Assembly (NCBI GenBank): GCA_938088195.1
Contig: CALKEO010000001.1
Coordinates: 16,716-80,715, forward strand
Direction: 5' to 3'
Source: an uncultured Flavobacteriaceae bacterium
GTDB lineage: Bacteria > Bacteroidota > Bacteroidia > Flavobacteriales > Flavobacteriaceae
DNA length: 64,000 bases
This document shows positions 19,345 to 31,147 of this stretch, piece by piece. A program made the position numbers and the translations under genes. Position 1 is the stretch's first letter; every line of letters begins with the position of its first letter. The notes below the pieces were generated by a model, which was given only the letters and a program-made list of their open reading frames with translations, was not told the origin of the DNA and made no database searches.

Positions 19345-21801
19345 ATGTCCAAAACTAAAATTTTAAACCTTGACATGATGTCATTACAGAATATTGACGA
19401 AGATTCTGATTTAATCCCCCTAATGACATCTGATGATGAGGAAGCGATTTCCAAAGAATTACTTCCCAAAAGTTTACCAATTCTACCCTTAAAAAACACA
19501 GTAATGTTTCCTGGAGTTGTTATACCAATAACAGCCTCCAGAGATAAATCAATTAAATTAATTAAGGAGTCTAATACAAATTCTAAGCTAATCGGAGTTG
19601 TTTCTCAAAAAGATTCAACAGTTCAAAACCCGGGACTTGATGACATTCAATCAACTGGAACAGTTGCTAAGATACTAAGGGTTTTACAAATGCCTGATGG
19701 TAATGTTACTATTATCATTCAAGGAAAGAAACGATTTTCTATTGAAAAAGTTTTATCCGAGGAGCCCTACATAACAGCTGAAGTAATTGAAATTAGGGAA
19801 GTTAAACCATCTTTGGACAACAAGGAGTTTACCGCGACGATTGATTCGATTAAGGATATTGCTCTTCGTATAATTGAAGAGAATCCTAACATACCAAGCG
19901 AGGCTTCTTTTGCAATAAAAAATATTCAAAGTGACTCTTTTCTTGTGAATTTCGTCAGTTCAAACATGAACTTAAGTGTTCAGGAAAAATATGAAATTCT
20001 CAAAACTAGTGATCTTCAAAAAAGAGCTCTTATGTGTTTAAAACAAATGAACATTGAACTTCAAAGACTTTCACTTAAAAATGAGGTTCAGTCAAAAGTT
20101 AGATCTGATTTAGATCAACAACAAAGAGAGTATTTTTTACACCAACAATTAAAAACAATTCAGGAGGAACTAGGTGGTGTTTCTTATGATGAAGAAATTA
20201 ATGAAATGAGAATTAAAGCCACTAATAAAAAATGGTCTAAAGAAATAGACAATCATTTTAAAAAGGAATTATCAAAATTGCAAAGAATGAATCCTCAGGT
20301 GGCTGAGTATTCCATTCAAAGAAATTATCTAGATATTTATTTAGAATTACCTTGGAATGAATATTCAAAAGATAACTTTGACTTAAAAAGAGCTCAAAAA
20401 ATCCTTGATAGAGATCATTATGGTTTGAAAGATGTAAAAAAGAGAATCATTGAACATATTGCTGTTTTAAAATTAAGAAATGACATGAAATCTCCGATAT
20501 TATGTTTAAATGGCCCTCCAGGAGTTGGAAAAACCTCTTTAGGAAAGTCAGTTGCGGAAGCTTTGGGAAGAGAATATGTCAGAATTTCTTTAGGTGGATT
20601 AAGAGATGAATCAGAAATTCGAGGACACAGAAAAACATATATTGGTGCAATGCCTGGAAGAATTATTCAAAGTTTAAAAAAGGCTAAGACTGCAAATCCT
20701 GTTTTTGTTTTAGATGAAATTGATAAACTTTCTGTTGGAAATCAAGGAGATCCCTCTTCGGCAATGTTAGAAGTTTTAGACCCTGAACAAAATACTTCTT
20801 TTTATGATAATTTTATTGAATCTGGATTTGATTTGTCTAAGGTGATGTTTATAGCAACCTCAAACAATATTGCTAATGTTCAACCTGCATTAAGAGACAG
20901 AATGGAAATTGTACAAGTATCAGGATATACTATTGAAGAAAAATATCAGATTGCCAAAAAACATTTGATCCCTAAACAAATTAAAGAACATGGTCTTAAA
21001 AGAAATATTACCAAAATCAATAAATTTTCATTAATAAAAATAATTGAAGGCTACACTAGAGAGTCTGGAGTTAGAGGTTTAGAAAAACAAATTGCAAAAA
21101 TTATTAGAAATATTGCAAAATCTTTGGCGATGGAAGAGAATTTTTCTTTAAATATTTCCTCTGAAGATGTAAATAAAATTTTAGGGGTTTCTATTTCTAA
21201 AGACAAGTATGAAAATAACGATATAGCTGGTGTAGTAACCGGATTAGCATGGACTCAATTTGGAGGAGATATATTATTTATAGAATCTGCATTGTCTAGA
21301 GGCAAAGGTAATTTAACAATTACTGGAAACTTAGGGAAAGTAATGAAAGAATCCGCAACCATAGCCCTTGAGTACATTAAATCGAACGCAAATAGACTAT
21401 CTATTGATACAAATATATTTTCAAAATATAATATACACATTCATGTCCCTGAAGGAGCAACTCCTAAAGATGGTCCAAGTGCTGGAATTACGATGTTAAC
21501 ATCGTTAGTATCATTATTTACTCAAAAAAGAGTTAAATCCAAACTTGCTATGACAGGTGAAATTACTCTAAGAGGGAAGGTTCTTCCGGTTGGAGGAATT
21601 AAGGAGAAAATTTTAGCCGCTAAAAGAGCTAAAATTACTGAAATTATTTTGTGTCAAGAAAATAGAAAAAATATTGAAGAAATTGACTCAATTTACCTAA
21701 AAGGACTTACTTTTCATTACGTTTCTAATATGCATCAAGTTCTAGATATTGCAATTACCAATAAAAATGTAAAGAATTCTAAAAATTTAAATGTCAAATA
21801 A
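19345..21801 (+). CDS. lon: ATP-dependent protease Lon (LonA)
   Basis: 818 aa. Walker [10 protein letters not shown], catalytic Ser in KDGPSAGIT, Lys in [13 protein letters not shown]. Confidence 0.97.
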   Translation: MSKTKILNLDMMSLQNIDEDSDLIPLMTSDDEEAISKELLPKSLPILPLKNTVMFPGVVIPITASRDKSIKLIKESNTNSKLIGVVSQKDSTVQNPGLDDIQSTGTVAKILRVLQMPDGNVTIIIQGKKRFSIEKVLSEEPYITAEVIEIREVKPSLDNKEFTATIDSIKDIALRIIEENPNIPSEASFAIKNIQSDSFLVNFVSSNMNLSVQEKYEILKTSDLQKRALMCLKQMNIELQRLSLKNEVQSKVRSDLDQQQREYFLHQQLKTIQEELGGVSYDEEINEMRIKATNKKWSKEIDNHFKKELSKLQRMNPQVAEYSIQRNYLDIYLELPWNEYSKDNFDLKRAQKILDRDHYGLKDVKKRIIEHIAVLKLRNDMKSPILCLNGPPGVGKTSLGKSVAEALGREYVRISLGGLRDESEIRGHRKTYIGAMPGRIIQSLKKAKTANPVFVLDEIDKLSVGNQGDPSSAMLEVLDPEQNTSFYDNFIESGFDLSKVMFIATSNNIANVQPALRDRMEIVQVSGYTIEEKYQIAKKHLIPKQIKEHGLKRNITKINKFSLIKIIEGYTRESGVRGLEKQIAKIIRNIAKSLAMEENFSLNISSEDVNKILGVSISKDKYENNDIAGVVTGLAWTQFGGDILFIESALSRGKGNLTITGNLGKVMKESATIALEYIKSNANRLSIDTNIFSKYNIHIHVPEGATPKDGPSAGITMLTSLVSLFTQKRVKSKLAMTGEITLRGKVLPVGGIKEKILAAKRAKITEIILCQENRKNIEEIDSIYLKGLTFHYVSNMHQVLDIAITNKNVKNSKNLNVK

Positions 21802-22486
21802 AATTATAATTGCAATTGATGGTACATCATCAACAGGAAAAAGTACAATAGCCAAAAGGTTGGCAAAAAGATTAAATTATGTGTATATCGATTCAGGTGC
21901 AATGTATAGAGCCCTAACCTTTTATGCAATTCAGAAAGAGTATATATCTAAAACTCATTTTGAAAGCAATAAGCTCATTAATGATATTCCTAATATTTAT
22001 ATAGATTTCAAGCAAAATAAAGAGACTAATAAATTTGAAGTTCATTTAAATGGTGTGTCAGTTGAAAAACACATTCGATCATTATCAGTTTCAAATTTGG
22101 TTAGTAAGATTGCTAGCATTGGAAAATTAAGAAAACCAATGGTTAAAATTCAACACTTTTTGGGATCAAATAAAGGTGTAGTTATGGATGGTCGAGATAT
22201 AGGAACTGTAGTTTTTCCAAATGCTGAATTGAAATTTTATTTAGATGCATCATCTGAGTTAAGAGCAAAAAGAAGATTTAAAGAATTGGTTGATGCTAAT
22301 CATGATATTTCTTACAATGAAGTTTTAAATAATATAATTTTAAGAGATAAGCAAGATATAAGCAGAAAAAACTCACCCTTAAGAGTAGCCTCTGATTCTA
22401 TTGTTATAAAGACAGATGATATATCGTTAGATCAATTAGAGAATAAGTTATTTTCATATGTAACTCCCTTATTATCAAAAAAATAA
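21791..22486 (+). CDS. cmk: Cytidylate kinase
   Basis: 231 aa. P-loop [13 protein letters not shown] and DSGAMYRA motif. Confidence 0.93.
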   Translation: MSNKIIIAIDGTSSTGKSTIAKRLAKRLNYVYIDSGAMYRALTFYAIQKEYISKTHFESNKLINDIPNIYIDFKQNKETNKFEVHLNGVSVEKHIRSLSVSNLVSKIASIGKLRKPMVKIQHFLGSNKGVVMDGRDIGTVVFPNAELKFYLDASSELRAKRRFKELVDANHDISYNEVLNNIILRDKQDISRKNSPLRVASDSIVIKTDDISLDQLENKLFSYVTPLLSKK

Positions 22487-22527
22487 AAGATTACTTGTTT
22501 AATCTATAAATTGAACTTATTTTCGCA

Positions 22528-22564
22528 ATCCTTTTGAATGGTTAATATAGATTTTCAAAGGGAT
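22528..22564 (+). terminator. Hairpin between cmk and rpsA (candidate cmk terminator or rpsA leader structure)
   Basis: atccttttgaa (22528-22538) pairs with ttcaaagggat (22554-22564). That gives 11 bp with one G-U and a 15-nt loop, followed by tttatatt. Confidence 0.35.
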
Positions 22565-22631
22565 TTATATTATAAACTCTTCTAATTTATTCCTTAAAAT
22601 CTATAAATAAATTAGAATACAAATTTTAATT

Positions 22632-24569
22632 ATGCCTGCACAAAAAAAAGACAGCAAACCTAAAAAAGCTGTTAAAAAAACTACCGTATCCAAAAAAGTT
22701 ACAAAAAAAATAGCGTCGAAACAAACAAAAAAAACCGAAACTGAACAGCCTGTTTTAAAAAATGAAATTATTGAAGAAAAAACAGTTGTTAGTTCAAAAA
22801 TTGAAAAACCAATTGTTGAAAACTCTTCTAATGAAAAATTTTTAAAAGATTTTGATTGGGAAAATTTTGAAGAAGGAATTGAAACTATTGAAGAAAAAAA
22901 ATTAGTTGAACTAGAGAAATTAATTGAAGAAAATTTTGTTGACACTTATAATGACAGTGTCATTGAAGGTACAATAATAAATCTAACAGAGAGAGAGGCT
23001 ATAATTGATATTAATGCTAAATCAGAAGGTGTAATTTCGCTTAATGAATTTAGATATAATCCAGATTTAAAAGTAGGCGATAAAGTTGAGGTCTTGGTAG
23101 ATATTCAAGAAGACAAGACAGGTCAACTCATATTATCTCACAGAAAGGCCAGAACAATAAAAGCATGGGATAGAGTTAATGAAGCACATGATAAATCTAC
23201 TGTAGTTACTGGATTTGTCAAATGTAGAACTAAGGGGGGAATGATAGTCGATGTATTTGGTCTTGAAGCTTTTCTTCCAGGTTCACAAATCGATGTTAAG
23301 CCTATCAGAGATTATGATCAATATGTAAATAAAAATATGGAGTTCAAGGTTGTTAAAATTAATCATGAATTCAAAAACGTAGTTGTTTCTCATAAAGCAC
23401 TAATTGAAGCTGATATTGAAGAACAGAAAAAAGAAATTATTGGTCAGCTTGAAAAAGGTCAAGTCCTTGAGGGAATAGTCAAAAATATAACGACATATGG
23501 AGTTTTTATTGATTTGGGTGGTGTAGATGGATTAATTCATATAACTGATCTTTCTTGGAACAGAATTAATCATCCTAGTGAAATTTTAGATTTAGATCAA
23601 AAAATTAATGTTGTAATTCTTGATTTTGATGATGATAAATCTAGGATTCAATTAGGAGTTAAACAATTAAGTCCCCACCCTTGGGAAGCATTAAATTCGG
23701 AACTTAAAGAGGGTGATAAAATAAAAGGCAAAGTATCAGTATTAGCTGATTATGGAGCTTTTATTGAGGTTGTGGACGGAGTTGAAGGTTTAGTTCATGT
23801 TTCTGAGATGTCATGGTCAACTCACTTAAGATCTGCTCAGGATTTCATGAAAGTTGGTGATGAAGTAGAAGCTGTTGTTCTTTCACTTGACAGAGAAGAA
23901 AGAAAAATGTCTTTAGGAATTAAGCAATTAACTTCAGACCCCTGGACAGATATTACATCTAAATATCCTGTAGGATCTAAACACAAAGGTTTAGTTAGAA
24001 ACTTCACAAATTTCGGGATTTTTGTAGAGCTTGAAGAAGGTATTGATGGTTTAGTTTATATTTCAGACTTATCATGGACGGTGAAAGTTAAGCACCCTTC
24101 TGAACTTTTTTCCTCTGGTGATTCTATTGATGTTATTGTACTAGAACTTGATTCTGAAGATAGAAAGTTAAGTTTAGGTCATAAGCAGACTATGGATAAT
24201 CCTTGGGATGCATATGATAAAACTTTTGCTGAAGGAACAATTCATAATGGTACTATTTCTGACTCTAATGATAAAGGTTCTACAATAGCCTTTAATGAAG
24301 ATGTTGTTGCATTTGTTCCAAGTAGACATTTGTTAAAGGAAGATGGTAATAAATTAAAAAAGGGAGAAACTTCTGATTTTAAAGTTATCGAGTATAATAA
24401 GGATTTTAAAAGAGTAGTCATGTCTCATACAATTCTATTTAAGGATGATGAGAAAAAAAATGTCAAAGAATCTTTAAAGAAAGTAAATAAGAAGGATTCC
24501 GATAAATCTACATTAGGAGATTTAGATGTTTTAGCTGATCTTAAAAAGAAAATGGATAGCGAAAAATAA
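22632..24569 (+). CDS. rpsA: 30S ribosomal protein S1 with a Lys-rich N-terminal extension
   Basis: 645 aa with six S1/OB repeats (for example EGTIINL..., GFVKCRTKGGMIVD, GIVKNITTYGVFIDLGG). The conserved Bacteroidota N-terminus (FLKDFDWENFEEG) begins only at about residue 69. Confidence 0.95.
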   Translation: MPAQKKDSKPKKAVKKTTVSKKVTKKIASKQTKKTETEQPVLKNEIIEEKTVVSSKIEKPIVENSSNEKFLKDFDWENFEEGIETIEEKKLVELEKLIEENFVDTYNDSVIEGTIINLTEREAIIDINAKSEGVISLNEFRYNPDLKVGDKVEVLVDIQEDKTGQLILSHRKARTIKAWDRVNEAHDKSTVVTGFVKCRTKGGMIVDVFGLEAFLPGSQIDVKPIRDYDQYVNKNMEFKVVKINHEFKNVVVSHKALIEADIEEQKKEIIGQLEKGQVLEGIVKNITTYGVFIDLGGVDGLIHITDLSWNRINHPSEILDLDQKINVVILDFDDDKSRIQLGVKQLSPHPWEALNSELKEGDKIKGKVSVLADYGAFIEVVDGVEGLVHVSEMSWSTHLRSAQDFMKVGDEVEAVVLSLDREERKMSLGIKQLTSDPWTDITSKYPVGSKHKGLVRNFTNFGIFVELEEGIDGLVYISDLSWTVKVKHPSELFSSGDSIDVIVLELDSEDRKLSLGHKQTMDNPWDAYDKTFAEGTIHNGTISDSNDKGSTIAFNEDVVAFVPSRHLLKEDGNKLKKGETSDFKVIEYNKDFKRVVMSHTILFKDDEKKNVKESLKKVNKKDSDKSTLGDLDVLADLKKKMDSEK

Positions 24570-24588
24570 ACTTGATATGTACATAATT

Positions 24589-24623
24589 AAAAAAAACATG
24601 CATTTTAATGCATGTTTTTTTTT
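24589..24623. terminator. Bidirectional intrinsic terminator shared by convergent rpsA and leuB
   Basis: A8-acatgcat-ttta-atgcatgt-T9. Perfect 8-bp GC-containing stem flanked by complementary A and T runs. The 3' arm overlaps the last leuB codons (KKNMH*). Confidence 0.7.
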
Positions 24624-25681
24624 AAAATATTGTTTACCAACCAATCTCCAACCTCACTGGTTGAATAAGATTTTTCTCCATTGGCCAAATCCTCTGTAAC
24701 AATAGATTGTTCAAGTGACATATTAACGACTTTTCTAATCAATTTGGCTTCTTCTTTCAATGAAAAAGTATCTTCAAACATCATAGCAGCAGACAATATT
24801 GTCGCTAAGGGATTAGCAATATTTTTACCTGCTGCTTGAGGGTATGAACCATGTATTGGTTCAAAAAGTGCTTTTTCTGTTCCTACAGAAGCTGAAGGCA
24901 TGAGACCCATTGAACCCGAAATAACTGAAGCCTCATCAGTCAATATATCTCCAAATAAATTTTCAGTAATTAATACATCATATGAGTTAGGCCATTGAAC
25001 AAGTCTCATAGCTACTGCATCAACAAATTCATAAGAAACTTCTACTTCCGGGTAATCTTTTTCCATAGACTTCACGGTTTCTCTCCAAAGTCTAGAGGAT
25101 TCTAGTACATTTGCTTTGTCAACACAACATAATTTTTTTGATCTTTTCATAGCTAATTCAAACCCTTTTTTTGCTAATCTAATTATTTCACTTCTTTTAT
25201 ATGTGCATGTGTCAAACGCAGTATTTCCATTATCCTTTCTGCCTCTTTCACCAAAATAAATTCCACCTGTTAATTCTCTAATAAAAATTAGATTAGTTCC
25301 TTCAATTCTTTCTTTTTTTAATGGTGATTTTTCAATTAAGGAGGGAAAGGTAAAAGTTGGTCTTATATTGGCAAAAAGACCTAATTTTTGTCTCATTTTA
25401 AGTAACCCTTGTTCTGGCCGTACTTTTGCTGATGGATCGTTATCAAATTTAGGATGTCCGATTGCTCCAAATAATATAGCATCAGATTTCATGCATATTT
25501 CGTGAGTTTCATCAGGGTATGGTTCCCCAACTTTATCAATTGCTTCTGCCCCAGTTATTGCAGGAGTCCAATTAATTGTGTGATTAAATTTCTTTGCTAT
25601 TGCATTAGAAACTTTTACTGCTTGTTCAGTTACTTCCGGTCCAATACCATCTCCAGCAAGCAAAGCTATATTTAATTTCAT
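24605..25681 (-). CDS. leuB: 3-isopropylmalate dehydrogenase
   Basis: 358 aa. [12 protein letters not shown]-terminus and [12 protein letters not shown] motif. Confidence 0.95.
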   Translation of the reverse strand: MKLNIALLAGDGIGPEVTEQAVKVSNAIAKKFNHTINWTPAITGAEAIDKVGEPYPDETHEICMKSDAILFGAIGHPKFDNDPSAKVRPEQGLLKMRQKLGLFANIRPTFTFPSLIEKSPLKKERIEGTNLIFIRELTGGIYFGERGRKDNGNTAFDTCTYKRSEIIRLAKKGFELAMKRSKKLCCVDKANVLESSRLWRETVKSMEKDYPEVEVSYEFVDAVAMRLVQWPNSYDVLITENLFGDILTDEASVISGSMGLMPSASVGTEKALFEPIHGSYPQAAGKNIANPLATILSAAMMFEDTFSLKEEAKLIRKVVNMSLEQSIVTEDLANGEKSYSTSEVGDWLVNNILKKNMH

Positions 25682-27195
25682 ATTATATTTAACATTTTTT
25701 CAGTGGCCTTTATAGCAGATACTGTCTGATCTGAATCGAGTCCTCTAGTTATAAATTCTTTGTTGTTATTTTTCCAAGTAATAAATGTTTCACATAAAGC
25801 ATCAGAATTACTCCCAGGTGGAATAGTTACTGCATAATCTACTAATATGGGAAGAAACAATTTATTATTATCATATATTTTTTTAACAGCATTCATAAAC
25901 GCATCGAATTGTCCATCACCAATTCCCGTGGCTTTAAATAAGCTACCATTAATTTCAATTTCTAGTTCAGATGAGGGATTTAATCCTTTTTTATGTTTTA
26001 ACTCATAAGATTTAATCACGATTTTTTCTTTTTTATCTGAACTATTTAAAACATCTGAGATTATATAAGGTAGATCTTCGGCCGATACTCTTTCTTTTTT
26101 ATCTCCTAATTCTATTATTCTTTGTGTAACTTTTTTTAAATCTTTTTCATTTAAAAAAAGACCTAATTCTTGTAAATTTTTTCTGATATTTGCTTTTCCT
26201 GATGTTTTTCCTAATGCATATTTTCTTTTTCTTCCAAATCTTTCGGGAAGTAAGTCATTGAAATAAAGATTTTTTTTATTATCACCATCTGCATGAATAC
26301 CGGCTGTTTGTGTAAATACATTTTCTCCAACAATAGGCTTGTTTGCTGGTATTCTAAAACCTGTAAATGCTGAAACTAATTTACTTACTTTGTATAAAGA
26401 TTCCTCATTTAAATTAATTTTTACATTTGGAATAAAATCTCTTATTACAGCTGCAACACTTGCCATAGGAGCATTTCCAGCTCTTTCACCCATACCATTT
26501 ACTGTTAAATGTAGTCCGTGACAACCTGCTCTTAAACTTTCTATTACATTTGAAACACTTAAATCATAATCATTATGTGCATGAAAATCAAAATGTGTGT
26601 TTGGGTATTTTATTATTATTTCAGAAAGAAAGCTAAATGTTTCGTTTGGACTTAAAATTCCCAATGTATCTGGAAGTAAAATTCTTTCAACTTCTTGGTT
26701 TGTTAAAAAATCTAAGCACTTAAACACATAATCTTTTGAATTTTTCATTCCGTTACTCCAATCTTCTAAATAAACATTTGTATTTATATTCTGTTTTTTC
26801 GCTAAAGAAATTGATTTTTCAATTTCACTAAAATGTTCTTTAGGAGTTTTTTTTATTTGATGTTTTAAGTGATTTAAAGAGCCTTTAGTTAAAAGATTTT
26901 GAACTTTTGCTCCAGTTTTCAATAGCCATTCCAATGATATTCCATTATCAAGGAATGTTAAGATTTCAATTTTATTTAAATGACCATTTAAATTTGCCCA
27001 ATTCGTAATATTTTTAACTGCTTGAAACTCTCCTTTTGAAACTCTAGCTGAAGCAACTTCGATTCTATCGATTTTTAGTTCTTCAATTAATAATTTAGAA
27101 ATTGTTAATTTTTCCGAAGCTGAAAATGACAAGCCAGAGGTCTGTTCACCATCCCTCAAAGTAGTATCCATTATTTCTATTTTTCTTTTCTTCAT
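25678..27195 (-). CDS. Long-form 2-isopropylmalate/citramalate synthase family enzyme with a C-terminal LeuA-dimer regulatory domain (candidate citramalate synthase)
   Basis: 505 aa. [30 protein letters not shown], plus a C-terminal domain of about 120 aa. 4-nt overlap with leuB. Confidence 0.75.
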   Translation of the reverse strand: MKKRKIEIMDTTLRDGEQTSGLSFSASEKLTISKLLIEELKIDRIEVASARVSKGEFQAVKNITNWANLNGHLNKIEILTFLDNGISLEWLLKTGAKVQNLLTKGSLNHLKHQIKKTPKEHFSEIEKSISLAKKQNINTNVYLEDWSNGMKNSKDYVFKCLDFLTNQEVERILLPDTLGILSPNETFSFLSEIIIKYPNTHFDFHAHNDYDLSVSNVIESLRAGCHGLHLTVNGMGERAGNAPMASVAAVIRDFIPNVKINLNEESLYKVSKLVSAFTGFRIPANKPIVGENVFTQTAGIHADGDNKKNLYFNDLLPERFGRKRKYALGKTSGKANIRKNLQELGLFLNEKDLKKVTQRIIELGDKKERVSAEDLPYIISDVLNSSDKKEKIVIKSYELKHKKGLNPSSELEIEINGSLFKATGIGDGQFDAFMNAVKKIYDNNKLFLPILVDYAVTIPPGSNSDALCETFITWKNNNKEFITRGLDSDQTVSAIKATEKMLNII

Positions 27196-27216
27196 TTGTT
27201 TTGAAAAGAATTAAGG

Positions 27217-27813
27217 TTATAGTGGAGTTTTTTTGGCAAATTTTTCTATTGAATCTTTAATATTCATTAAATAATCAATGTCATCATATCCATTGAGCAT
27301 ATTTCCTTTTTTATATTCATTAATTTCAAAAGATTCTGAACTATCAGTTCCTAATATTCTAATAATTTGTTGATTTAAATCTATATTTAATTTAGTTTTT
27401 GGATTTTCATAAATATTATTAAAAATTTTTTCTAAAAATTCTGTAGACACCTGTACTGGAAGGACTCCAATGTTTAAACAGTTATTTCTAAAGATATCTG
27501 CAAAAAAGCTAGAGACAACACACCTAAAGCCATAATCGTATATAGCCCATGCTGCATGTTCTCTTGAGGAGCCAGATCCAAAGTTTTTGCCACCAACAAG
27601 TATTTTACCTTTAAATGTAGAATTATTTAAAACAAAATCTTTTTTTGGGATATTATGTGAGATGTAGCGCCAATCTCTAAATAAATTATCTCCAAAACCA
27701 ATTCTTTCAGTTGCTTTTAAAAATCTAGCAGGAATGATTTGATCAGTGTCAATATTTTCAATAGGTAAGGGGACAGCTGTGCTTTCTAATATTTTGAATT
27801 TATCGTATGCCAT
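27217..27813 (-). CDS. leuD: 3-isopropylmalate dehydratase small subunit
   Basis: 198 aa. GKNFGSGSSREHA motif. Confidence 0.94.
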   Translation of the reverse strand: MAYDKFKILESTAVPLPIENIDTDQIIPARFLKATERIGFGDNLFRDWRYISHNIPKKDFVLNNSTFKGKILVGGKNFGSGSSREHAAWAIYDYGFRCVVSSFFADIFRNNCLNIGVLPVQVSTEFLEKIFNNIYENPKTKLNIDLNQQIIRILGTDSSESFEINEYKKGNMLNGYDDIDYLMNIKDSIEKFAKKTPL

Positions 27814-27822
27814 AATTATAGA

Positions 27823-29217
27823 TTAGTAAAATGTTCTAGGGTCGGTTATGGTTCCGGTTATAGCAGCAGCAGCTGCAACCAGTGGGCTTGCAAGTAATGT
27901 CCTAGATCCTGGTCCTTGTCTGCCTTCAAAATTTCTATTTGATGTACTTACAGCATACTTGCCAGCAGGAATTTTGTCATCATTCATAGCCAAACATGCT
28001 GAACAGCCTGGTTCTCTAAGCTCAAATCCGGCATCCTCTAGAATTGTTAATAATCCCTCATTTTTTATGGCTTCTTCAACTCTGTGAGATCCAGGAACAA
28101 GCCAAGCAGTTACGTTAGGAGATTTCTTTTTTCCTTTAACTATTTCTGTAAACGCTCTAAAATCTTCAATTCTTCCATTGGTGCAACTTCCTAAAAAAAC
28201 AAAATCAATTTTTTTTCCTAACATACTTTCACCTTCATTGTAGTTCATGTATTGCAAAGATTTACGAAAAGTTTTAACTCCTCCTTCTTGATTTTCGGCA
28301 TTTGGAATTCCGTTTGAAATACTGATACCCATTCCAGGATTTGTTCCATAAGTTATCATGGGTTGAATCTTATCTCCATCAAAAAGTAATTCTTTATCAA
28401 ACAAAGCATCCTTGTCACTTTTTAAAGTTGACCAATAGTTCATCGCTTTTGTCCAATCTTTTCCCTTTGGAGAAAACTCTCTGTTTTTAATATATTCGAA
28501 AGTTTTATGGTCAGGAGCAATCATTCCTCCTCTTGCACCCATTTCAATACTTAAGTTACAAACTGTCATTCTTCCTTCCATACTCATTTCTTCAAAGACA
28601 TTTCCTGCATATTCAACAAAATATCCAGTTGCACCAGAGGTGGTAAGTTCAGAAATTATAAAAAGAGCGACATCTTTTGGTGTCACACCTTTACTTAATT
28701 TACCATTAATCGTAATTCTCATTTTTTTAGCCTTGGGTTGCATAATACATTGAGTAGATAGCACCATTTCAACTTCGGAGGTTCCTATGCCAAATGCTAT
28801 GGCTCCAAACGCACCATGAGTTGAAGTATGGGAATCTCCGCAAACAATCGTTGCTCCAGGTAGAGTTATCCCATATTCAGGTCCTACCACGTGTACAATT
28901 CCATTTTTTTCATGACCTAGACCCCAAAAGGATATTCCATGAATCTTAGAATTTTCTTCCAGTGCTTTTAATTGTTTTGCAGATAGAGGATCTTTTACAG
29001 GTAAATGCTGATTTTTTGTAGGTGTGTTATGGTCGGCCGTTGCAAATGTTTTTTCAGGAAATAAAACATTGATATTTCGTTTTTTTAATCCTAAAAAAGC
29101 AACTGGACTGGTGACTTCATGTACCATGTGTCTATCAATAAATAAAACGTCTGGTCCATTGTTGATTTTATGAACTACATGGGAATCCCAGACCTTATCA
29201 AATAATGTTTGATTCAT
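27823..29217 (-). CDS. leuC: 3-isopropylmalate dehydratase large subunit
   Basis: 464 aa. Fe-S ligand contexts CGDSHT, GSCTNGR and [10 protein letters not shown]. Confidence 0.96.
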   Translation of the reverse strand: MNQTLFDKVWDSHVVHKINNGPDVLFIDRHMVHEVTSPVAFLGLKKRNINVLFPEKTFATADHNTPTKNQHLPVKDPLSAKQLKALEENSKIHGISFWGLGHEKNGIVHVVGPEYGITLPGATIVCGDSHTSTHGAFGAIAFGIGTSEVEMVLSTQCIMQPKAKKMRITINGKLSKGVTPKDVALFIISELTTSGATGYFVEYAGNVFEEMSMEGRMTVCNLSIEMGARGGMIAPDHKTFEYIKNREFSPKGKDWTKAMNYWSTLKSDKDALFDKELLFDGDKIQPMITYGTNPGMGISISNGIPNAENQEGGVKTFRKSLQYMNYNEGESMLGKKIDFVFLGSCTNGRIEDFRAFTEIVKGKKKSPNVTAWLVPGSHRVEEAIKNEGLLTILEDAGFELREPGCSACLAMNDDKIPAGKYAVSTSNRNFEGRQGPGSRTLLASPLVAAAAAITGTITDPRTFY

Positions 29218-29221
29218 ACTA

Positions 29222-30394
29222 TTATAAAGAAATGGTTGATTTTAAATTAGATTTTTTAATAATAATTGGAATATCTTCGTCTTTGACTTCTTTCCTAAGG
29301 TCAGCGAATTTTAAAAACTCTGCGTAAACAACATCTAATTCATTTTTTGTTAATTCAAAACCAATGTTTTTTGCACGGTATGCTAATGCAGCTCTTCCGC
29401 TTCTAGCTGTAAGAACTATTGCAGATTCATTAACCCCAACGTCAAAAGGATTAATAATCTCATAGGTTTCTCTGTTTTTTATGACTCCGTCCTGATGAAT
29501 ACCTGAACTATGAGCAAAAGCGTTAGCCCCTACGATTGCCTTGTTAGGCTGAACAGGCATTCCCATGCTTTCAGAAACCATTTGGCTAGTTTTATATAAA
29601 AGTTTACTGTTTATTTTTGTATCTAAATTTAATTGAGGATGCTGCTTCATAATCATTACTACTTCCTCTAAAGAGGTATTACCTGCTCTTTCTCCAATTC
29701 CATTTATTGTACATTCAATTTGTCTAGCACCATTTAAAGCTCCTGCTATCGAATTAGCTGTAGCTAAACCTAAATCATTATGGCAGTGGCATGATAAAAT
29801 TGCTTTATCAATATTCTTTACATTTTCTATTAAAAACTTTATTTTATTTCCATATTCATCTGGAAGACAATATCCAGTAGTATCAGGAATATTAAGTACT
29901 GTAGCTCCAGCCTCAATCATTTTTTCACAAACTTTAGCTAAAAAATTATTATCAGTTCTTCCAGCATCTTCAGCATAAAACTCAACATCATTAACAAATT
30001 TTTTTGCATATTTTACAGCTTCAAACCCTTTTTCTAAAATTTTTTCTCTTGTTGAATTAAATTTAAATTTTATATGAGAATCAGAGGTTCCAATTCCAGT
30101 GTGAATTCTTGGTAAAACAGCATGTTTTAAAGATTCTGCAGCAACTTCAATATCTTTTTTAACAGCTCTAGATAATCCACAAACACTAGCATTTTTAACA
30201 ATTTTAGATATTTCTACCACAGAATTAAAATCACCAGGGCTAGAAATAGGAAACCCAGCTTCAATAACATCGACTCCAAGTTCGTCTAGTTGTTTGGCAA
30301 TTGTAAGCTTTTGAGCTGTGTTTAATTTGCAACCAGGGACTTGTTCTCCATCTCTTAAAGTAGTATCAAATATTTGTACTAATTCTTTACTCAT
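29222..30394 (-). CDS. leuA: 2-isopropylmalate synthase, short form lacking the C-terminal regulatory domain
   Basis: 390 aa. [27 protein letters not shown]. The protein ends soon after the catalytic TIM barrel and subdomains. Confidence 0.88.
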   Translation of the reverse strand: MSKELVQIFDTTLRDGEQVPGCKLNTAQKLTIAKQLDELGVDVIEAGFPISSPGDFNSVVEISKIVKNASVCGLSRAVKKDIEVAAESLKHAVLPRIHTGIGTSDSHIKFKFNSTREKILEKGFEAVKYAKKFVNDVEFYAEDAGRTDNNFLAKVCEKMIEAGATVLNIPDTTGYCLPDEYGNKIKFLIENVKNIDKAILSCHCHNDLGLATANSIAGALNGARQIECTINGIGERAGNTSLEEVVMIMKQHPQLNLDTKINSKLLYKTSQMVSESMGMPVQPNKAIVGANAFAHSSGIHQDGVIKNRETYEIINPFDVGVNESAIVLTARSGRAALAYRAKNIGFELTKNELDVVYAEFLKFADLRKEVKDEDIPIIIKKSNLKSTISL

Positions 30395-30458
30395 TAAAAT
30401 CTATTTTTTTAATATAAATTTATATTGAAGTAAAAGTAATAAAATCGACTAAATAAAT

Positions 30459-31142
30459 CTATTTTTCTTTAATGTTAAGACATAAATTCCAAATATTATT
30501 ATTTGGTGGTTTTGCAATAATTTCAATATTTGATTTTGAAACTGGGTGAATAAAATTTACTTTTCTTGAGTGTAGATGTATACTACCATCACTATTGGAT
30601 CTTGGATATCCATATTTTAAATCTCCTTTGATTGGATATCCTATGTGAGATAATTGAGCTCTAATTTGATGATGTCTTCCTGTTTTTAGATTAATACTCA
30701 GTAAAGAATATCTTTTTAAGTTTAATAAAACTTTAAAATTAAGAATCGCTTTTTTTGTTTGGCTGCTGGGAGTTTTCCTAACATAAGATTTGTTTTGCTT
30801 TTGATTTTTAATTAAAAAATTTTCTAAAATTTGTGGTTTTGATGTATCAATTTTTTTTACAACTGCCCAATAAGTTTTAATTATCTCATTTTTTTTAAAT
30901 AATTCATTTAATCTACTGAGTGCTTTGGAAGTTTTAGTAAAAATAATTATTCCACTTGTAGGTCGATCCAATCTATGTGGTATCCCTAAATATACATTTC
31001 CGGGTTTATCATATTTTTTTTTTAAATATTTTTTAATTTGATCTCCAATAGTTTCATCTCCAGTAATGTCACCTTGAGCTAATTCCCCGGGATTCTTATT
31101 TATCACTATTAGATGGTTGTCTTCAAATATAATATTGAGCAC
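30459..31142 (-). CDS. RluA-family pseudouridine synthase
   Basis: 227 aa with a GTG start. Catalytic HRLDRPTSG and the HQIR motif (GRHHQIRAQL). Confidence 0.88.
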   Translation of the reverse strand: MLNIIFEDNHLIVINKNPGELAQGDITGDETIGDQIKKYLKKKYDKPGNVYLGIPHRLDRPTSGIIIFTKTSKALSRLNELFKKNEIIKTYWAVVKKIDTSKPQILENFLIKNQKQNKSYVRKTPSSQTKKAILNFKVLLNLKRYSLLSINLKTGRHHQIRAQLSHIGYPIKGDLKYGYPRSNSDGSIHLHSRKVNFIHPVSKSNIEIIAKPPNNNIWNLCLNIKEK

Positions 31143-31147
31143 AATAA

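Noticed and set aside
22601-22945. 114-aa minus-strand ORF overlapping the rpsA start region
   Set aside because: It is the antisense image of the Lys/Glu-rich S1 N-terminus (AAA/GAA codons read as TTT/TTC). This gives a Phe/Ser-rich low-complexity product with no motif, and rpsA on the plus strand is unambiguous.
27848-28087. 79-aa plus-strand ORF inside leuC
   Set aside because: It is antisense to the conserved C-terminal leuC segment, and its Ala/Ser/Pro-rich product mirrors Gly/Ala codons of LeuC. There is no independent support.
30395-30458. Leucine leader peptide or attenuator upstream of leuA, and a PyrR-binding RNA hairpin upstream of pyrR (49913-49994)
   Set aside because: Neither spacer contains a Leu-rich mini-ORF, alternative hairpins or the PyrR loop consensus. 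Both are short, AT-rich and unstructured by eye.
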